A stretch of 64,000 nt of DNA from Dehalococcoidia bacterium (GTDB taxonomy: Bacteria > Chloroflexota > Dehalococcoidia > Lucifugimonadales > G963668185): contig OY764162.1 in NCBI GenBank assembly GCA_963668185.1, positions 852,754 through 916,753 on the forward strand. The letters run 5' to 3'. Numbering within the stretch: position 1 is the stretch's first letter; the number at the start of each line of letters is the position of its first letter. Under the pieces are notes generated by a model that was given only the letters and a program-made list of their open reading frames with translations, was not told where the DNA came from and searched no databases. The position numbers were made by a program, and so were the translations under genes. Positions 60,888-64,000 of the stretch are shown here, piece after piece.

Positions 60888-63797
60888 CTAAGTGATCAGT
60901 CGTGCGCCTTTGGGACGCCTCTTGCCGCCGTGGACGGACGGTTCAGCGCACCACTTGGCGGCCAAGCGGCGTACGGCACGGTAGGTGTCTTCGTCGAAGC
61001 CGAGCAGGTCACAGACCACGCGCCGGTCCAAGTAGGCGCGGTTTGGGTCGGCGTCGGCGAGGTAGGCGGGCTTGAGTTCCTTTTCCCGGAAGTCGTCGAA
61101 GATGTTTTCTGCGGTGCGGAGTTGCTCGTCGGTGAGGGTGCGGAGGTCAAGGACGGGTAAGGACTCAATCGCGAATATGGTAGTACGTCCTCTGCCGTCA
61201 TGTTGTCTACTGGCACACCACCAGTACAATAGTAGTCCCAACGTAGAGTTACACCATAATGTGAACGCAGCATCAAATCTGGCATCATCGAAGAGTATGT
61301 TCGGCCAAGCCGTTCCGCCTATAGCCTTCTCGTCTGTTAGTGCGGCAGCGAGAGGTTGCGAAGTAAAACGGAAGTCAAGAGTAAGGTGAGATCTGCTGGC
61401 AGTAGCCCAAAGTTTGCCAGCTCTCTCCTCCATGCCAGGCTTAACTAACATTTGAGAGTCTGGCTCGCAGACCATATATGTTTCATTCTTAGCATTGTGG
61501 TTCCACAAAGCCGGGTATGTGGCCGTTGGGCTTGCGGCTTGTTTAGTGAACGGCGCTGAGTGCGCATTGCTCACAAAGAATTGGTGGTCTAATCCACGTT
61601 TGCCAACTTGATTCAAGAATGTCATAGCTACTTTGGATCGTTCCGGTCTTGCAGGTAGCCAAAGCTCACCACCGGTCAGCGAATGTGCGACTTGAGCCAA
61701 GGAGGCGTCAAGTACTCGTCCCGCACCCCATCCCATCTTGAAATCTCCCAATGATGCATCGAGGATTCCTCCCGCGGGAGAGTCTCCGGAGTAGATGGGA
61801 GTTGCACCGTACGGCCCATCTTCAAGGCGGCGAGTTGACGTACCATTCTTGATCGCTCTCGAGAACTCCGACGCTTCCACGAAGCTGGCCGGCCTGGTTT
61901 GCAGTGAAACGAACTTCGCACGGTCATTGGGATCTTCGTCCTTCGTCTTTTTGCGGCCAATGACAAGACATTCCGCCATTCCTGTGTCAGAAGAGAACGA
62001 CATGTCCTTGCCATTGGCTGCAATGCTCAGGACGGTCAAGTCCGTGTACTCGGTTGTCATAAGCTCCCTGAATCCAGCCCAGGATGCTCCGCTGATCGCC
62101 GTGAAAGGCAGGACAAGCGCGACCATGCCGTTCGGGCGCAACTTCCTGTCGGCGAGGGCGACGAAGGCGGAGGCAAGGCCCGCATGGCCGTGATAACAGG
62201 TGTCTCTGGACATCCGCTTCATTCGTTTCGCCATGTCTGATTGGTCTTCTTCCGAGGCGTCAAATGCGGCGAAAGCGGCGGCCAGTGTCCCGGAGTCCGC
62301 GTCTCTGTGCTTGGTGTTGCTTGTGAACGGCGGGTTCATGATGATGAGGTCGAAGCCTTCGTCGGGGATGTCCGCGACGACGTAAGCAGCCGTCTCCTCA
62401 CCGATCCGCCCCGTTCGCTTTGCCGGATCGCTGGTGTTGAACAGCGTCATCGCGGAGGACGACTGGAGCAACTCGAGAGAGCCGATCTTCACGCTGCCGT
62501 CTTCCTGTCTGCCGTAAGGCAGGGTGTACAGGCGCGAACCGTTGAACTCGACTTCCGGGTATGCGCCGGACAGGGTTGCGCCTGTTATGTGAACGGCAGA
62601 TGGCATAACGTCACAGCCGAACAGGACATTCTCCATCATGGGGGCATGAAGCTTTTCCGGGTCGCCGCCGGCGCGCTCGTGGCGCGCGGCGATCTGCTCA
62701 TAGACCGCCGAGAGCAAGGCGCCGGTCCCGCAGGCGAAGTCTCCGACCCGCAGCTTGCCGACAGCCTCAGCGTCCGACCAGTCCACGCCGTCCATCCCTG
62801 CGACGGCGATCCTGGCCAGCAGGGCCGCCGAGGCGGGCAACGTGTAGAAGGTGGCAAGATACTTGCGGTCTGCTATGAGCTTCTGGAAGATGCGCCCCGT
62901 GAGATGGTGAGCGTTCTCAATGCCGGTTGCGTTCACATCTCCAACGGTAAGCTCCAGTGTGCGCAGTACCCTGGCCGCGTAATTAGCCGGCAGTTGTCTG
63001 AGGATGTCTCTCCCTACGGAGAAGATGGGGAAGTAGTTGATTTCAAGGATGGCTGACCATTCGGCAAGCGTTTCCCTCTGCGGATTCGGAACGTCGTGAC
63101 CGCACACCAGATTAAGCGGCCTGATGTTGATCGCGTGTTTGGTCCCGGCGATGCGCTCATGGAAGACCATGGCGTTGGCGATGATGGCGCACGCCATGCG
63201 TCGGGTCTGTGCGACGTTGGCCATTCCGAGCAGGCGGGCAATCACGGCGTTGACGGCTGGTCTCGCAGTGTCTATCTCGTCGAGAATGGCCGCAACCCTG
63301 TCAATGCCCTGCTGTAGCGCGTCCGCGGCAGCGTCGACTGCCTTCTCGGGCACGGACACGAGCTTTACGAGATCGGCCAGATCCTCAACAGAGCCGGTCA
63401 GCCATCCCGACTCCGGGAAGCGGCTGACTCCGGGGGATTCGTCCCTGAATACGCAGTATGAGAGCCGGGCGTCCAATAGTGCGGACGCCAGGTTGTTAGA
63501 GTCTGCAATGGCGTCCGGGTACTTGAGCGCCACGACCGCCTCCACGCTGCGCCGGCCGTCAACTACCTCCAGTCCGAGGCGGGACCTGGCCTCATCTTCG
63601 ACGGTTCGAGCGGGCTCGTACTCTGCTTCAACTATCACGGGCGAGCGGCCGGGCTCTGTGATGACAATATCCGGCTGCAGACCGGGCTTGTCCACGATGG
63701 CGCGGACGTTTTCGGAGCGTACAGTCCACGCGCGCGCCATCGGCTGAAGCAACGCGCCGAGGGCGTTGTTCACGCTAGGCTCGGTCTGACGCGGCAT
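60888..63797 (-). CDS. Second fused PD-(D/E)XK-like / gamma-class N6-adenine methyltransferase / recognition-region protein (divergent paralogue of 8205-11033)
   Basis: N-terminal 'QPD-x13-EAE'. Motif I 'VGDFACGTGALLSAV'. Motif IV 'IIMNPPF'. Same architecture and spacing as the 942-aa protein. Confidence 0.65.
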   Translation of the reverse strand: MPRQTEPSVNNALGALLQPMARAWTVRSENVRAIVDKPGLQPDIVITEPGRSPVIVEAEYEPARTVEDEARSRLGLEVVDGRRSVEAVVALKYPDAIADSNNLASALLDARLSYCVFRDESPGVSRFPESGWLTGSVEDLADLVKLVSVPEKAVDAAADALQQGIDRVAAILDEIDTARPAVNAVIARLLGMANVAQTRRMACAIIANAMVFHERIAGTKHAINIRPLNLVCGHDVPNPQRETLAEWSAILEINYFPIFSVGRDILRQLPANYAARVLRTLELTVGDVNATGIENAHHLTGRIFQKLIADRKYLATFYTLPASAALLARIAVAGMDGVDWSDAEAVGKLRVGDFACGTGALLSAVYEQIAARHERAGGDPEKLHAPMMENVLFGCDVMPSAVHITGATLSGAYPEVEFNGSRLYTLPYGRQEDGSVKIGSLELLQSSSAMTLFNTSDPAKRTGRIGEETAAYVVADIPDEGFDLIIMNPPFTSNTKHRDADSGTLAAAFAAFDASEEDQSDMAKRMKRMSRDTCYHGHAGLASAFVALADRKLRPNGMVALVLPFTAISGASWAGFRELMTTEYTDLTVLSIAANGKDMSFSSDTGMAECLVIGRKKTKDEDPNDRAKFVSLQTRPASFVEASEFSRAIKNGTSTRRLEDGPYGATPIYSGDSPAGGILDASLGDFKMGWGAGRVLDASLAQVAHSLTGGELWLPARPERSKVAMTFLNQVGKRGLDHQFFVSNAHSAPFTKQAASPTATYPALWNHNAKNETYMVCEPDSQMLVKPGMEERAGKLWATASRSHLTLDFRFTSQPLAAALTDEKAIGGTAWPNILFDDARFDAAFTLWCNSTLGLLLYWWCASRQHDGRGRTTIFAIESLPVLDLRTLTDEQLRTAENIFDDFREKELKPAYLADADPNRAYLDRRVVCDLLGFDEDTYRAVRRLAAKWCAEPSVHGGKRRPKGARLIT

Positions 63798-64000
63798 CTA
63801 TCGTCTCCCTGTTACGCGCATTTGGTTATCAGATGTGGCGGTCTCTTGATGAGACCACTATCTTAGTACGAGTGTTCGCGGAATGCAACAATTTGGGATG
63901 CCGTTCGCTTGGTACGGTTTAAGCCGCCGTCCGTATCTGACCGCTGCGCCGCCTGTGTTACCATTTCGGGGGTTGCTGGGTTGGGCGGAGGATCACTTCA

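Overview
High-GC bacterial chromosome segment, roughly mid-60s % GC by eye. GTG and TTG starts are frequent, and many predicted lipoproteins carry a Cys lipobox. The taxon cannot be fixed from sequence alone; the dense GC-rich palindromic repeats and the RCC1, PQQ and GLUG repeat proteins suggest a marine or host-associated Chloroflexota-like genome, but this is a guess.

Layout:
- 1-7.3 kb: housekeeping and envelope genes.
- 7.4-12.4 kb: a small defence-type cluster with VapBC, a 942-aa fused nuclease/N6-adenine methyltransferase, a decayed small module and an NYN protein.
- 12.9-16.8 kb: metabolic and transport genes.
- 16.8-43.4 kb: a clearly accessory stretch. It holds giant secreted repeat proteins, two toxin-antitoxin loci, a wrecked Type I R-M locus with an embedded two-gene module of unknown function, and two identical inverted IS481-family copies.
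- 43.5-48.6 kb: the conserved tRNA-tuf-rpmG-secE-nusG-rplKAJL cluster.
- 48.6-58.9 kb: mixed metabolic and transport genes, including Ni-SOD.
- 59-60.9 kb: a region saturated with short palindromic repeats.
- 60.9-63.8 kb: a second, divergent 969-aa paralogue of the nuclease/methyltransferase fusion.

Best candidates for something undescribed:
- The overlapping DUF4365-like nuclease plus 374-aa unknown pair, nested between an orphan hsdS and an hsdR stub.
- The two fused PD-(D/E)XK/MTase paralogues, one with a compositionally foreign C-terminal region.
- A toxin-first minimal-nucleotidyltransferase/XRE pair.

All functional calls are by-eye motif recognition. No database search was run.
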